Source of the DNA: Candidatus Latescibacterota bacterium
Lineage (GTDB): Bacteria > Latescibacterota > UBA2968 > GCA-2709665
DNA: 64,000 nt
Assembly: GCA_965226795.1 (NCBI GenBank)
Contig: CBDDDZ010000002.1
Coordinates: 224,001 to 288,000 of the forward strand
Direction of reading: 5' to 3'
In this document: piece by piece, positions 29,424-40,094 of the stretch
Position numbering within the stretch: the stretch's first letter is position 1
Layout: each line of letters begins with the position of its first letter
Program-made: the position numbers and the translations under genes
The notes under the pieces: generated by a model
The model's database searches: none
Told to the model about the DNA's origin: nothing
The model's input: the letters and a program-made list of their open reading frames with translations, nothing else

Positions 29424-30188
29424 ATGCCAACGAAACCCATTGCCGACCTCCTCGACCTTTCCGGACAGGTCGCCATCGTCACCGGCGCCAGCCGGGGCAT
29501 CGGCAAAAGCATCGCCGAGGTCTTCCACCAGGCGGGGGCCAGCCTCACCCTGGTCGCGCGCAATGCCGGTCCATTGGAGGCGGTCGCCGAGACGCTTTCG
29601 GCCAGCGGGGACGTGCTTGCGGTTCCCGCCGACGTCGCGGACGAGACACAGATCAACGCCTTCGTCCAAAAAACCGTAAAGACGTTCGGCCGCGTCGACA
29701 TTCTGGTGAACAACGCGGGCCTGGCCAGCCCGGGTCGCTATACCGGCGTCGACCTGGGCGAGTGGCAGCGGGTGATCGGCGCCAACCTCACCGGCGCATA
29801 TCTCTGCTGCCTCGCCGCGGCCCCCCACATGGAAAAACAGAAAAGCGGCCGAATAATCAACATCTCCTCCATCAGCGGCCAGACCGGCGGCGTCTCCGGC
29901 GGGGTCCACTATGCCAGTTCCAAGGCAGGTATGCTGGGCATGACCAAAACCCTCTCCCGGGACCTGGCCACGAGCAATATCACGGTCAACGCCATCACCC
30001 CGGGCGTGATCGAAACCAGCTTTCAAATTTCTCCCGAAAGCCGCAGCAGAATCAACGAACTTATTCCAATGGGCTATATCGGGCAGCCCGAGGAGATCGC
30101 CTACGCCGCCCTTTTCCTGGCCTCCCGGATGGGCGCGTATATCACCGGCGCCACGATCGACGTGAACGGCGGCCTCCTGAAGCGATAG
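29424..30188 (+). CDS. Short-chain dehydrogenase/reductase (FabG-like)
   Basis: TGASRGIG, NNAG, YASSK. Confidence 0.92.
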   Translation: MPTKPIADLLDLSGQVAIVTGASRGIGKSIAEVFHQAGASLTLVARNAGPLEAVAETLSASGDVLAVPADVADETQINAFVQKTVKTFGRVDILVNNAGLASPGRYTGVDLGEWQRVIGANLTGAYLCCLAAAPHMEKQKSGRIINISSISGQTGGVSGGVHYASSKAGMLGMTKTLSRDLATSNITVNAITPGVIETSFQISPESRSRINELIPMGYIGQPEEIAYAALFLASRMGAYITGATIDVNGGLLKR

Positions 30189-30227
30189 TGGAGTACGCCG
30201 CATCGTATTTCAATTCTCCGATCGTAC

Positions 30228-30445
30228 TGCCGGTGGTGTGGGGGCTTTTCCGCGCTAATCCGTTCAGCAACAGGTTAATGGAACACCAGAGAACTACGAA
30301 GGCCACTAAACCAGGTATACGCCCCTTGGGGTGATTCGCGGAAAAGCAGCCCCGCGGCGTTTGAGCGGCGCCCTTCTTTTTCGCCCTTTTTCTTGGGCGA
30401 TGCAAGAAAAAGGGCAAGGGAATAGGGGACGTTTGGGGGTGGTGA
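30228..30445 (-). repeat. Structured intergenic module, copy F
   Basis: GCCCTTTTTCTTG/CAAGAAAAAGGGC hairpin; GCTTTTCCGCG/CGCGGAAAAGC arms around an 82-nt core. Confidence 0.85.
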
Positions 30446-30537
30446 AGACTCTAACTCACGGGCGCTGCGAGGCGGGATGAATCGGCGGAAGAATCATGGC
30501 AGGTTTCAGGGAGTTGGACACTGAAAAGGAGATGGAC

Positions 30538-31728
30538 ATGACAGCTCAAGAAGCGAAATGGACGCCTGGTCCCGGAACGATTGAATCTCTACTCTCGCGG
30601 ATCAAGTCAAAACCCGAGGAAGTTCGGTGGACAGACATCGCCTGGGAAACCGACCTCTGGAAAGCCCGACGGCGCGCGGCTGCCGTGCGCAGACCGCTGT
30701 TTATCTGGGCGATGAACGGCAACCCGCTCGGTTGCGTCTGAAACAACGGTATAGCGGGCCGTGAGTCCGTTTTCTCCCATCCCGATGTAATCCGCACCCT
30801 CAACGAATCTTTCATATCCGTTGCGGATAACTGCAGTTATACCCAGACACAGAAAGACGCCAAGGGCGAATTCTTCCGCCTCGTGGCCGAACAGGGCCAT
30901 TACGGAGGCCGCACCCAACCCACGGCAACCCGGCAGGGCCTGTACGCCTGCACGGCGGACGGCGAGTTGCTGGGGTCCATCAACACGAGGGATGCGGGCC
31001 CGTTTCTGGATCTGCTCGAGCGGAGCCTGGCAAAGTGGCGAGAACGCCCGGACAACGGCGCAGCGGGTGAAATCCCTGAAACCTATCCCATCGATCCCAG
31101 ACTCGGATGGTCCTATCCGGAAGACGGCCTGGCGCTCAAGGTCACGGTTCGCGACCTTCCGAGGAATTCCGAAGACGTCGACACACGGCACAACATCGAC
31201 TTCGCGTGGTTTACCGAAGAGGAGGCCGGGTCTCTGGTGCCCGGCAATGCCCGGCCCGGCCAGACGTATCTCGCGCCCGGCTATTTTACCAGGCGTCTCG
31301 CCCTGCGTCACTTCATCGACACGGTTCGCGGGCAATCGCCCGGATGGCGGGAAGAAAACCTGAAAGACGGGGAGATCCGCATGACCGTGGAATCCTCCGA
31401 AACAGACTGCATCCGGCTCCACCTGGAGGGACGCATCCACCTCGAGGCGGAACCCACGCTCGAGACCAATCCCTTCAGCGGCCTTGCCGTGGACAAGCCC
31501 CGGGGCCTGAACCTGAGCCTGTACGGCCGCCTGGCGTTCGATCCGCGCCAGCGGCGCGTCGAAGCCTTCGATGCCGTGGCGACTGGCTCCCGCTGGGGCT
31601 GCACGACCTACAATGTGCGCTTCGACGACCCGGGCCCCGCGCCCATCGGCTTCGCCTTCGAACGCGGGTCGGGCGATCCCATCGAACGCACCCCTCCCGC
31701 GGCCCTGGGGCCGAGGTACTTTGCTTAG
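30538..31728 (+). CDS. Probable selenoprotein (396 aa, CxU motif, thioredoxin-like N-terminus); UGA at 30739-30741 read as Sec
   Basis: ORFs 30496-30741 and 30883-31728 are in the same frame and separated only by TGA: PLFIWAMNGNPLGCV*NNGIAGRESVFSHPDVIRTLNESFISVADN; AAGGAG RBS. Confidence 0.8.
30753..30771 (+). promoter_or_regulatory. Bacterial SECIS-like hairpin
   Basis: AGCGGGC-CGTGA-GTCCGTT; loop starts 18 nt after the UGA, with G at loop position 2. Confidence 0.6.
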
Positions 31729-31876
31729 CGACGCTTTTTGAGATGTAGTACAAAAATCGGATTGTTGCTGCAACCAGTAGTTGCAGGTAAACGCCAAAAG
31801 TGCCTCGGCTTTTCACCGAGGCGCTTTTCGTGGCAAAACTATACTGCTTTATTCACGAATCATTCATCTCAGCCCC

Positions 31877-32058
31877 CACAATGACTTGTCGAGGCGTTGA
31901 GGAAGCGGGTTTGAAGATGGGGCAGACATTCCTGTCTGCCCTTCTAACGGTCCTTCCGAATCCGCGGCCAAGGGGGAGTAGGGGCAGGTTTGAAACCTGC
32001 CCCTACGGTTGGAGCATCGAAACGAATGGATATGAGCAGACAGGAATGTCTGCTCCAC
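31877..32058. repeat. REP doublet with nested GTAG palindrome
   Basis: Same arms as 12235-12400; GTAGGGGCAGGTTTGAAACCTGCCCCTAC at 31978-32006 in the spacer. Confidence 0.8.
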
Positions 32059-32204
32059 CCTCTCAACCATATGTGCACCGAGTCGAAATATCGTGAATGC
32101 CGTTTTATCTGTTTGGATATCCCATAATTGGTGGCCCCGAACCCGCCGCGGACCAGAGCACTGTGAGTGATATCCATTTTTCGATATTCTGTATCTGCGA
32201 CCAT

Positions 32205-34166
32205 CTATGGTCTCTCTATTCTGAACCTCGTCTCCAGCACGTCGTCTCCGCTTCCACCGAACGGCACCTCGAGGAGCCACGGCGCGGTTTGTCCGCGGCG
32301 GTGGGCGTTCGGTCGCAGCCATTTGACGTTCCGCCGAAGCTTCGTCGTCCCCAACCTTTTGCTATCGAAGTCGATCCCGACTGCCACGTCCCCGCAAACC
32401 GCACGAAAGCCGCCGGGCGAGCCCGTGACCTCGACACCGTAGTCGAAATGGAAGAGGGCTCTGTGGAACTTTCTGCTCTCGCTTCGTGCGCTGTCGGTGA
32501 GCTGCCATTCGTTGCGTGATCCGAGACGTATTTCGCGCGACCATGTAACGCCGCCTGTGGTCTTCAGCGTTCCCCTCATTACCGATTCCGTGCCGACGCG
32601 GAGCGAACTTTCCACCGAAGCGGCAGCGACGCCCCAAACGTCGACGAGATCCTCGGGGCGAGACCTTGGCTGCCCATCGGTGAGAACGACGGACTTGGAT
32701 AGGTCGGAATAGGGATAGCCCCGAGCCGGCTTTCCGCGGTGCCGGGATCCGTTGACATGGATGTAGAGTTCGTTCGACGGGAGCCACAGGATCGGCACCC
32801 CACGGGCCAGGAATGTGATGCCAAGGGTGTCGTCGTGCGCGTGCCCGGTTACGTCGCACTCCCCGTCCGGGATGTTCAGAGTGATGGCGGTGGCGTTCCT
32901 CTTCCAGGAACTGCGGACAACGGCGATGCCGGTTGCTGGCAGCCGGACACCGCCGGGAAGCGAGGGCCGAGGTTTCGCGGAACGTGCCTGCAGCAAGGGA
33001 GGCAGGTGACGGTTCAGTCCCAACCGCTGAAGCACTTCACCGCAGATTCCACTGTCCAGCGCGAAGCTGCCCAGGCCGAGGAGACTCGCCGTCGCCGGTG
33101 CCGCGGGAGGCTCACCGTCCCCTACCGGGGGAAGATGGCCCGAGGGCAGGACCGTGAGCGCCATCTGCTCTGCGGCCCGACGTATGACCTTGCGGTCTTC
33201 GGCGTCCATGAGCCGCACACGATTCAGCTTTGCGACCAGGAGCGGCGCGAGAAACATTTCGAGCGTGACCATCGCATAGCTGCCGGACCGCTCGACGTAA
33301 CAGCCGTCCGAAAGGAAGCTTCCCGCCGCATGGCGCTTCAGATTCCTTCGGGCCAACGTCGACAGGCGTTGAAGTCGCGGCGTCTCGGGGAAGTACATCG
33401 CCATAACCGCGGGAACGTTACAGGTCCGCATGATGTGGTGGTTGTTGCGCGCGTAGGGCGAATTTTCGAAGTGGATGTAGGCCGCGGAAGTGAACCACAT
33501 GGCCTTGATGAACGCGAAGGCCGTGTCGACGGGGACCTCCGGTGCGAATACGATCCCGCTCTGGATACAGCTGATCCAGTTGAAGAGCCGGTGGCCGCTC
33601 GGCATGGACTTCTCTCCGGTGGAACGGCAGAAAATCATGTCTTCACCTGTGAATTCCGGATCGAGTCTGAACGGCCAGTCGGTCACCCAGCGGGCGGCGA
33701 ACTCGGCGAACTTTGCGGCGTATGCACCCTCCCGGGAGGCGGCGTGGGCGATGGCGAGATCGCGCATAAAGGGACAACACTTGAAGGTGTTGCCCGGCAC
33801 AAAAAGACTGAGCGTATCGGGCGTGACCCAGTCCAGGTCCCTGCCGAACCGGAGTTCCATCCCCGGCGACATAACAAGTATGTTCCGAAGCGCGAGATCG
33901 GCGCGCGCCGTGAAATCCTCGATATCCGGCCGGAGTACCGGGGGCCAGAGATGACGCACTTCGCCCCTTCGTCCATCCCGAAGGTCGCACAGCCATCGCG
34001 GGGACCGGCGATTTCGGAAATGGTTCACAAACTCCGATCGTGCAGCGTCGAGGTCGCCTTTATCGACAAGAGAGGGGACGCGCCGGAGCTCTTCGGACGA
34101 TCCCTCAAACTCGAGGAGGAAGTCGCGATCCGAGAATTCGGTCAGACTGCGCGGAAGTTCAGTCAT
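32205..34166 (-). CDS. Heparinase II/III-like protein
   Basis: NNH, FLSDG.YVE.SGSY, P.VGD, HAHDD.L motifs; helical domain followed by beta-sandwich. Confidence 0.8.
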   Translation of the reverse strand: MTELPRSLTEFSDRDFLLEFEGSSEELRRVPSLVDKGDLDAARSEFVNHFRNRRSPRWLCDLRDGRRGEVRHLWPPVLRPDIEDFTARADLALRNILVMSPGMELRFGRDLDWVTPDTLSLFVPGNTFKCCPFMRDLAIAHAASREGAYAAKFAEFAARWVTDWPFRLDPEFTGEDMIFCRSTGEKSMPSGHRLFNWISCIQSGIVFAPEVPVDTAFAFIKAMWFTSAAYIHFENSPYARNNHHIMRTCNVPAVMAMYFPETPRLQRLSTLARRNLKRHAAGSFLSDGCYVERSGSYAMVTLEMFLAPLLVAKLNRVRLMDAEDRKVIRRAAEQMALTVLPSGHLPPVGDGEPPAAPATASLLGLGSFALDSGICGEVLQRLGLNRHLPPLLQARSAKPRPSLPGGVRLPATGIAVVRSSWKRNATAITLNIPDGECDVTGHAHDDTLGITFLARGVPILWLPSNELYIHVNGSRHRGKPARGYPYSDLSKSVVLTDGQPRSRPEDLVDVWGVAAASVESSLRVGTESVMRGTLKTTGGVTWSREIRLGSRNEWQLTDSARSESRKFHRALFHFDYGVEVTGSPGGFRAVCGDVAVGIDFDSKRLGTTKLRRNVKWLRPNAHRRGQTAPWLLEVPFGGSGDDVLETRFRIERP

Positions 34167-34416
34167 AACGCTCCGATCGGGGCCGCTGTCTCACGGCCTC
34201 CTGGATAGGTTGTACACGGTCATTATTTCCGGTCTCCGCCGGTTCTGTCACTAGCCTGCCGGCCTGCCGTTTCCTCCGACCGCCCGTCTCGCTGCGTACC
34301 TATCGTTGCATACACTGAGCCAGCCAAAGGTAGTCCGTAGAACCGGCTTGCCGAAATGCCCGCGTTTCGAAATGCCCGCGTTTCGTGACCCGTTTGGCGC
34401 CATTCATTGCCCTTCG

Positions 34417-34565
34417 CCGACCCTTCGACCCTTCGACAGGCTCAGGGACCACAAGCCCAGGGACCACAAGCTCAGGGAGCGGCTCTCAGGGTACAGGCTT
34501 TATGATGTCCTTTGTTTGCGTCTTATGCGTTGCCTGTGCTGCTTGCGTTGAGCTTGTCGAAATGG
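34417..34565. repeat. CTTCGACAGGCTCAG / TTGAGCTTGTCGAA inverted doublet
   Basis: Shared with 12661-12733 and 51712-51815. Confidence 0.75.
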
Positions 34566-34803
34566 CCTGTCGAAACGCGCTCTTCGACCTTACACGATCG
34601 TCCGAACACCGCGGTCCAGCCGGGATGAAACCATGGGTGGTCCGCAATCTGCATGATCATCAGGCAGTAGCCGTCGACAGCCCCGGCAGCGTTCGCGCGA
34701 GGCACCTCGCGTCGCTGCGTCCTTGACACCGCGCGTCGTCTGTGGCTAAATATGCTCACTCATTTCGAACGACCGCACCAGCCAACAATCAAGGAGCCTT
34801 TCC

Positions 34804-35778
34804 GTGAACGTCCCACCGACAGACGGCATACGGGTTCCCGTCGAAGACCTGCGGCGTCTCGTCTCAAGGATCTACGAGGCCGTCCCTCTGCCGCTGGAGC
34901 ACGCCCGCCTGATCGCCGATCTGCTGGTCGACACCGAACTGCGCGGCGTGGTCAGCCACGGCGTGGCGCAGGTGGAGCGATACGTCCGCTCGTTCCAGGA
35001 AGGACGCGCCAACCCCGATCCGTCCATCAAGGTCCTCCACGAGAGTCCAACGACCGCCGCACTCAGCGGGGACGGCGGTCTCGGAATGATCGTCGCCACC
35101 CGGGCGATGCAAATGGCCATTGCCAAAGCCAGAGAACTCGGCGTCGGCGTGGTCACCACCGTCTATCACGACCATCTGGGAAGCTCGGGGAAGTACGTGC
35201 GCATGGCCCTGAAGGAGGACCTCATCGGCATCAGCCTTTCCGGTCGGAGCGCCGCCCCGTCGTACGACAATAGCATCCGCGGCTCGATCCAGGGCAGTCC
35301 GCCGTTGGCCTTCGGGATGCCAGCGGGCCGGGGTCAACCCAACTTCCTGCTGGACTATGCCAGCCATTTCGTGGCGGCTGACGAAGAGGTCCGCAAGAAT
35401 CCGGCGGTCTTCGTGAAGGCCATCGGCATGTCTCACGTGGCCAACATCCTCTCGGGGACCCTGGGGGGACAGATGCTGCCCGAATTCGACCGGCGAACCG
35501 CGAAGTTCCAGGGCGCGGACCAGTCCGGATTTCACATGGCGCTGGACGTGAGTTGCTTCACGTCTCTCAACGCCTTCAAGGCGGACATGGACTACCTGAT
35601 GGACGAGACGGCGAAGATGCAGCCTATGCCCGGACTCCCGGATGCGGGCCTGCCGGGACAGAGGGCCCGGCAAAAGGAGGCCGACTACCGGAAGAATGGC
35701 ATTCCCATTGCCGCGAAGGCGGTAACGTCGCTCGAGGGCCTGGCCCGCGAGTTCTCTCTCCCGGTCCCCTGGAAGTAG
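34804..35778 (+). CDS. Ldh_2 family (type 2 malate/L-lactate/sulfolactate) dehydrogenase
   Basis: LRGVVSHGV, DGGLG, HLG, PLAFGMP, LPG motifs. Confidence 0.85.
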   Translation: MNVPPTDGIRVPVEDLRRLVSRIYEAVPLPLEHARLIADLLVDTELRGVVSHGVAQVERYVRSFQEGRANPDPSIKVLHESPTTAALSGDGGLGMIVATRAMQMAIAKARELGVGVVTTVYHDHLGSSGKYVRMALKEDLIGISLSGRSAAPSYDNSIRGSIQGSPPLAFGMPAGRGQPNFLLDYASHFVAADEEVRKNPAVFVKAIGMSHVANILSGTLGGQMLPEFDRRTAKFQGADQSGFHMALDVSCFTSLNAFKADMDYLMDETAKMQPMPGLPDAGLPGQRARQKEADYRKNGIPIAAKAVTSLEGLAREFSLPVPWK

Positions 35779-35821
35779 AGTCCCGGCTCAGCTGCGTCGT
35801 TTGGTAAGTAATTCCCTTTCT

Positions 35822-36943
35822 TTACCGGAACCAGTCATAGTTCAGCCCTAGAGATCGGTCCTCGAGAGGAAGCTGGACGCGGTCTCCACCACGCGCCGAA
35901 GACAGCTTCAGCGCGACCTCAACCTCCAGGGCGACGGCGACTCGCCGACCTGAGTTCTTCGGCTCGTCGAGACGGCCGTCCATGCAGTCGATCACGTCGT
36001 TCAGCGAGTAGACTGCGCCATACGGAAACGCCATCTGCGGATCCGGCCACGGCATCTCGACCCGATCGTTGCCGGACCTCTCAAGCTGCTGTCTCAGATG
36101 CCATCGACGGTCCGCCCCGAACTCGATCTCTCCCGTGCTCCCTTCCAGGCGGACCCCCGGAGCTCCCGTGCGAAAATGCACCACCGTGTGGTCTGCCGCG
36201 ACCATGATACCCTGGCCGGTGAATTCGTCGCTTCCTCCGGGACCGCCGAACTCGTCGGTGCCCTCCCCCCGACGGGGCAGGTCTCCGATTCCCGAGACCC
36301 AGGCCGGCGCGCTGTCCAGGAAATACGACCAGTTCTGATGTTGAGCGAATGGTCCGGGCGCCTCTATTGACCGGATCTCTCCGATGGCCCCGCTCTGAAC
36401 CAGTTCTCTGGCTTTGGCGAATGAGGGGTGGGTCGTCGTGATCGCGCCGCAGCTCAGGGGGACGCCCGCATCAGCGCACGTGGCTACCATGCGGTCCGCC
36501 TCCTCGAGCGTGTGACACATCGGCTTGTCCGTAACGATGCCATGTGCACCGCACGCCACGGCCAGGCACGTCAGATCGGCGCGCCCCTTCGTATTCGTGG
36601 CGATGGCCACGATGTCCAGTTGCTCGGCTCGGAGCATCTCTTCGGCATCCGTGTAGGTCGCCACGATCCCGTAGCGCTCGGTGAACGCCGCGAGCCGTTT
36701 CGGGTCCCGGTCGGCTGCCGTCACCAGTTCCACCTCGGGCCGGTTGTGCAGCGCCTCCGCGTAGGAGGATGGATTCCCCTCGGTGCCCGGATGGTCGTGG
36801 TGGTGGAATCGGCGATGGACGTCCAGCCGGGGAGTCGGGCGGTTCACGTCGTCGATGTCGAACCGGTCGGGGATGCGCGCCGCCAGATCGTAGAGCATGC
36901 CCATCCAACCCAGTCCGATCACTCCCGCTCGATATTTCGCCAT
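35822..36943 (-). CDS. Gfo/Idh/MocA oxidoreductase
   Basis: GVIGLGWMG, DIVAIAT, DKPM, GAIGEI. Confidence 0.85.
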   Translation of the reverse strand: MAKYRAGVIGLGWMGMLYDLAARIPDRFDIDDVNRPTPRLDVHRRFHHHDHPGTEGNPSSYAEALHNRPEVELVTAADRDPKRLAAFTERYGIVATYTDAEEMLRAEQLDIVAIATNTKGRADLTCLAVACGAHGIVTDKPMCHTLEEADRMVATCADAGVPLSCGAITTTHPSFAKARELVQSGAIGEIRSIEAPGPFAQHQNWSYFLDSAPAWVSGIGDLPRRGEGTDEFGGPGGSDEFTGQGIMVAADHTVVHFRTGAPGVRLEGSTGEIEFGADRRWHLRQQLERSGNDRVEMPWPDPQMAFPYGAVYSLNDVIDCMDGRLDEPKNSGRRVAVALEVEVALKLSSARGGDRVQLPLEDRSLGLNYDWFR

Positions 36944-36973
36944 GGTTACTCCTATCGTTATGCTTCAAAAACA

Positions 36974-37945
36974 AGCTATCAGCGGTCAGCTATCAGCGGT
37001 CAGCTATCAGCGTTCAGCAAGAAGCAAAACCATCAAAACCTGCGCCTGTTGCCATTCAGCAGGGACAATTCTTGCATGGAACTGCGTTCCGGTCGGCCAC
37101 AGGCTTTACCTCTCCCATTCACTTTTATTTTCTCTTCGTCCTTTTTCTTATTCGCGTAAGAAAAAGGACCAAAAAGAACCGCGCCTGCCTGCCGAGCACG
37201 ACTCGGCGCAGGCAGGCCGCTCGGCGCGGGGCCGGTTTTTCAGCGAATTGCCTCATGAGACCGGAAAGACGATTGTGCCCTGGGTACGCGTTCGAACACA
37301 CGACGCCCCGGTGCTGAACGGAATAACGCGGAAAAACCCACCTCTCCGCCACCGATCGCGTGAGGGATAAATCTCAGGAGCGATTAAACCTTTCTGCGAT
37401 AAGAATTGCGAGTTTTTCCGTGCATTGATGTTTCTGGACGTTAAAGCGCGGAGAATCCAGTTCCACCCCCGAAGCGGGTGGCCTGTTGTTCCGGTGATGT
37501 TGCGGGACAACAGGGGACGCTTGGTGTTGGCGTTCGATGCTGATGGTGAGCGGTGCGTTTTATGCCGCGAACAGACCCCCCACACCACCGGTCGCGCCGT
37601 TGTTGTATACGTAGGGGCGACCCATGGGTCGCCTGCCTGGTGGCTCTGATGAAACCATGCCGGTATCTAACGCGATGCGTTTCGAGAGGACTACCAGAGC
37701 AGAGCGCGCGATTCCGTCCAATGCAGGGGTACGATCTGCTTCCGAGGCTGGCAGGGCAGAGTATCATGTGGATCCCGTAAGGCGATTCGCGCTGTGCATA
37801 AGGCAGGCCCCGCGCCCAGCGGCGACTTTTGGTTCCTTTTGGTCGCTTCAAAAGGAACCCGCCGGAGGAAGGGAATTTGGGGAGAGGTGGTTTTTGAATT
37901 TGGTTTTCCCCTATTGCTTTCGGCTGAACGCTGTACGCTGCCTGC
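36974..37945. repeat. Composite element B: two inverted modules with heptamer-repeat outer arms
   Basis: (CAGCTAT/CAGCGGT)n at 36975-37018; module (+) at 37137-37360; GTAG REP at 37611; module (-) at 37698-37885; GCTG heptamers at 37923-37945. Confidence 0.85.
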
Positions 37946-38122
37946 TACGGTCTCACTGATGTGCATCCATCCACGTCAAAACATGCTGGTGTTCCTGCCG
38001 TGCATCCTGTATGGTATACACCTCCGTGGGACATACCTCAAGACAATTTCGGGAACCTCTTGTTCACGGTCCGAATCCGCGGGGTCCGGAAGGCGTCAAT
38101 CCTCACGTCAGGAGTCACAATC

Positions 38123-38899
38123 ATGCGAAGCAGCAAGTTGCTCGCGAAGGTGCGGGATGGCAAGCCGGCTCGGATCTGCGGACTCGGCCACTTCATACCG
38201 GCATACATCCGGATGGCCGCGACCGCCGGTTTCGACTGCATCTGGCTGGATGGGGAGCATCGCTGTTTTACGGACCGCGAAATCCAGGCAATGCTCGCCT
38301 ACTTCCACCTATACGATATCGACTGCATGTTTCGCCCACCGACCACCGAGAAGACGAGGCTGTATCGATATCTGGAGGACGGCGCGACCGGCCTGATGAT
38401 ACCCCACGTCTCGACGCCGGAGAAGGCGCGGATGCTGGTTGACGCGGTCAAGTTTCCGCCCGTTGGCGACCGCGGTATGGACGGGGCCGGGCTCGACAGC
38501 GAATTTTTCCTGGACGGCGGGGAATCCTACGTCGAGGAGGCCAACCGCGAGACATTTCTCGTTGTACAAATCGAAACGTCGCAGGCCCTGGAAAACCTCG
38601 ACGCGATCGCATCCATCGAGGGTGTCGATGGGCTGTTCGTCGGCCCGGGGGACCTGGGTTTAAGGATCCAACGACTGAAGGAAGGTTTCACGCTTGACGA
38701 AGCCATTAGAAAAGTCGCGGACGTCGCGGGCGAACGGGGTGTGGCGTGGGGCTGTCCGGCGGCTTCCGCGGACCACGTTCAGGAACTCTGCGACATGGGC
38801 GCAAAGCTGGTCGCATACGGCAGCGAGTTCTTCGCGCTTATGCAGATGCTCGAAGTCTGTTCGCGAGACCTCGACGGGGTCTATGGCGACGGATCCTGA
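38123..38899 (+). CDS. HpcH/HpaI aldolase family
   Basis: GFDCIWLDGEH, PHVST, PP.G.RG, VQIET, DGLFVGPGDL; AGGAG RBS. Confidence 0.92.
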   Translation: MRSSKLLAKVRDGKPARICGLGHFIPAYIRMAATAGFDCIWLDGEHRCFTDREIQAMLAYFHLYDIDCMFRPPTTEKTRLYRYLEDGATGLMIPHVSTPEKARMLVDAVKFPPVGDRGMDGAGLDSEFFLDGGESYVEEANRETFLVVQIETSQALENLDAIASIEGVDGLFVGPGDLGLRIQRLKEGFTLDEAIRKVADVAGERGVAWGCPAASADHVQELCDMGAKLVAYGSEFFALMQMLEVCSRDLDGVYGDGS

Positions 38900-39041
38900 G
38901 GTTCGCGGCCTGTCAGTCCGTCATTCCACCGCGACCGGGCCGCAGGCGTCGATCGGCTTTCAACCGCCCGGTGAAGATTGCGAACTCTACTTAGTCCCTT
39001 CTGTTTGATCGCCGCGAAGTCTCATCGAGCAGCCAGGGCGA

Positions 39042-40055
39042 TCAGGTTCCCTCGAATCGCGCCAGCAGTTCGGCCGCCCTTTCCCGCGTAGCCGGGTCAT
39101 TGTGCCGCGCGATGATGCGCTGGAGCGCTGAGACGGCCTTCTCGTCTCCCTGCTCGGCCATGTCGAAGGCCATCCGGTCCCGCCTGTCGTGGTAACTGTT
39201 GTCGTACTCCGCGATCTCGAGTTCGTAGTTCTCCCAGTAGTTCTTCAGCGATTCGTTTTTCCAGCCTGCATAGATATTCTCCCAGGTGTTCGGCTGGCTG
39301 TGGGGAAGAATGCTCCCCGGCGCGATGGGATCACTGACTCTTTGGTATCGCGCGTCGATGGACATGCGGAGACGGTCGGACCGGTTCGGAAGGCCCTTGT
39401 GGACAAGCATACTGTGGAAAAAGAGGACGTCGCCCTGCTCGAACGGTCCGCTGACCCAGGCTCCTTCGAGCGGATCGGTGATCTCGATTCCGCCCGCTCC
39501 CAGAGACGGCTTGAAGTCGTACACGCCCTGGCGATGAGAACCGGCGGCGACCTGCAGGCCGCCCATCTCGAACGGCAGATCGCTGAGCGGAATCCACGCG
39601 GTGTACGTTTCGGGTGTTCCCTGGATGGGAATGAAGTCCTGATGGGCCGGGGTCGTATACGCCTCCCGTTGAGGAAAGATGGTCCTCGCGATGATGCGCG
39701 CATGAGGCAGAATCGGTTCGCCGGCCATTCGCTCGAGAAGGGTAACGATGTTCGGGTGATGCTGGAGCGCGTGAAACGCCTCTAACCCATACATGGCGGC
39801 ATAGACATCCATGTAGGCCGGCTCGGGCTCGACGCAGAAGCCGTCCAGGTCTGCTATCCCGTCCTCCAGCGGCGTGTCCTTCCTGACCCATCCGGCTTCC
39901 CGGGTGATCTCGAGGAACCCCTTTCGCAATTCCGCCAGGATCTCGTTGGGTAACATGCCGCGTACGAAGAGGTATCCGTCGCGGTGCATACGCTCTCTCA
40001 GTCGAGGTCCGTTTCCCGCTATGTCGGTCGAATCTTCAAATGGCTTCAAAATCAA
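39042..40055 (-). CDS. PhyH-family dioxygenase
   Basis: DGYL..RG, PAHQD, TAWIPL, GGL....GSH, GDVLFFH...VH, R.SID.RYQ. Confidence 0.9.
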   Translation of the reverse strand: MILKPFEDSTDIAGNGPRLRERMHRDGYLFVRGMLPNEILAELRKGFLEITREAGWVRKDTPLEDGIADLDGFCVEPEPAYMDVYAAMYGLEAFHALQHHPNIVTLLERMAGEPILPHARIIARTIFPQREAYTTPAHQDFIPIQGTPETYTAWIPLSDLPFEMGGLQVAAGSHRQGVYDFKPSLGAGGIEITDPLEGAWVSGPFEQGDVLFFHSMLVHKGLPNRSDRLRMSIDARYQRVSDPIAPGSILPHSQPNTWENIYAGWKNESLKNYWENYELEIAEYDNSYHDRRDRMAFDMAEQGDEKAVSALQRIIARHNDPATRERAAELLARFEGT

Positions 40056-40094
40056 CCCTCCCCATCAGGTGTGTTCGAAACGCTTTGCCCTCGT

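Noticed and set aside
30607..31797. 396-aa minus-strand ORF opposite the selenoprotein
   Set aside because: Antisense shadow typical of high-GC coding DNA; the plus strand has the RBS and recognisable motifs
32739..34208. Long antisense ORFs (also 1444-2412, 6263-7294, 10739-12166, 52724-54076)
   Set aside because: They overlap well-supported genes on the opposite strand and show no motifs
37125..37966. Short ORFs inside the composite repeats (also at 21.5-22.0, 44.7-45.3, 46.7-47.5 and 56.0-56.6 kb)
   Set aside because: They recur only because the DNA is repeated; frames and lengths are not conserved between copies
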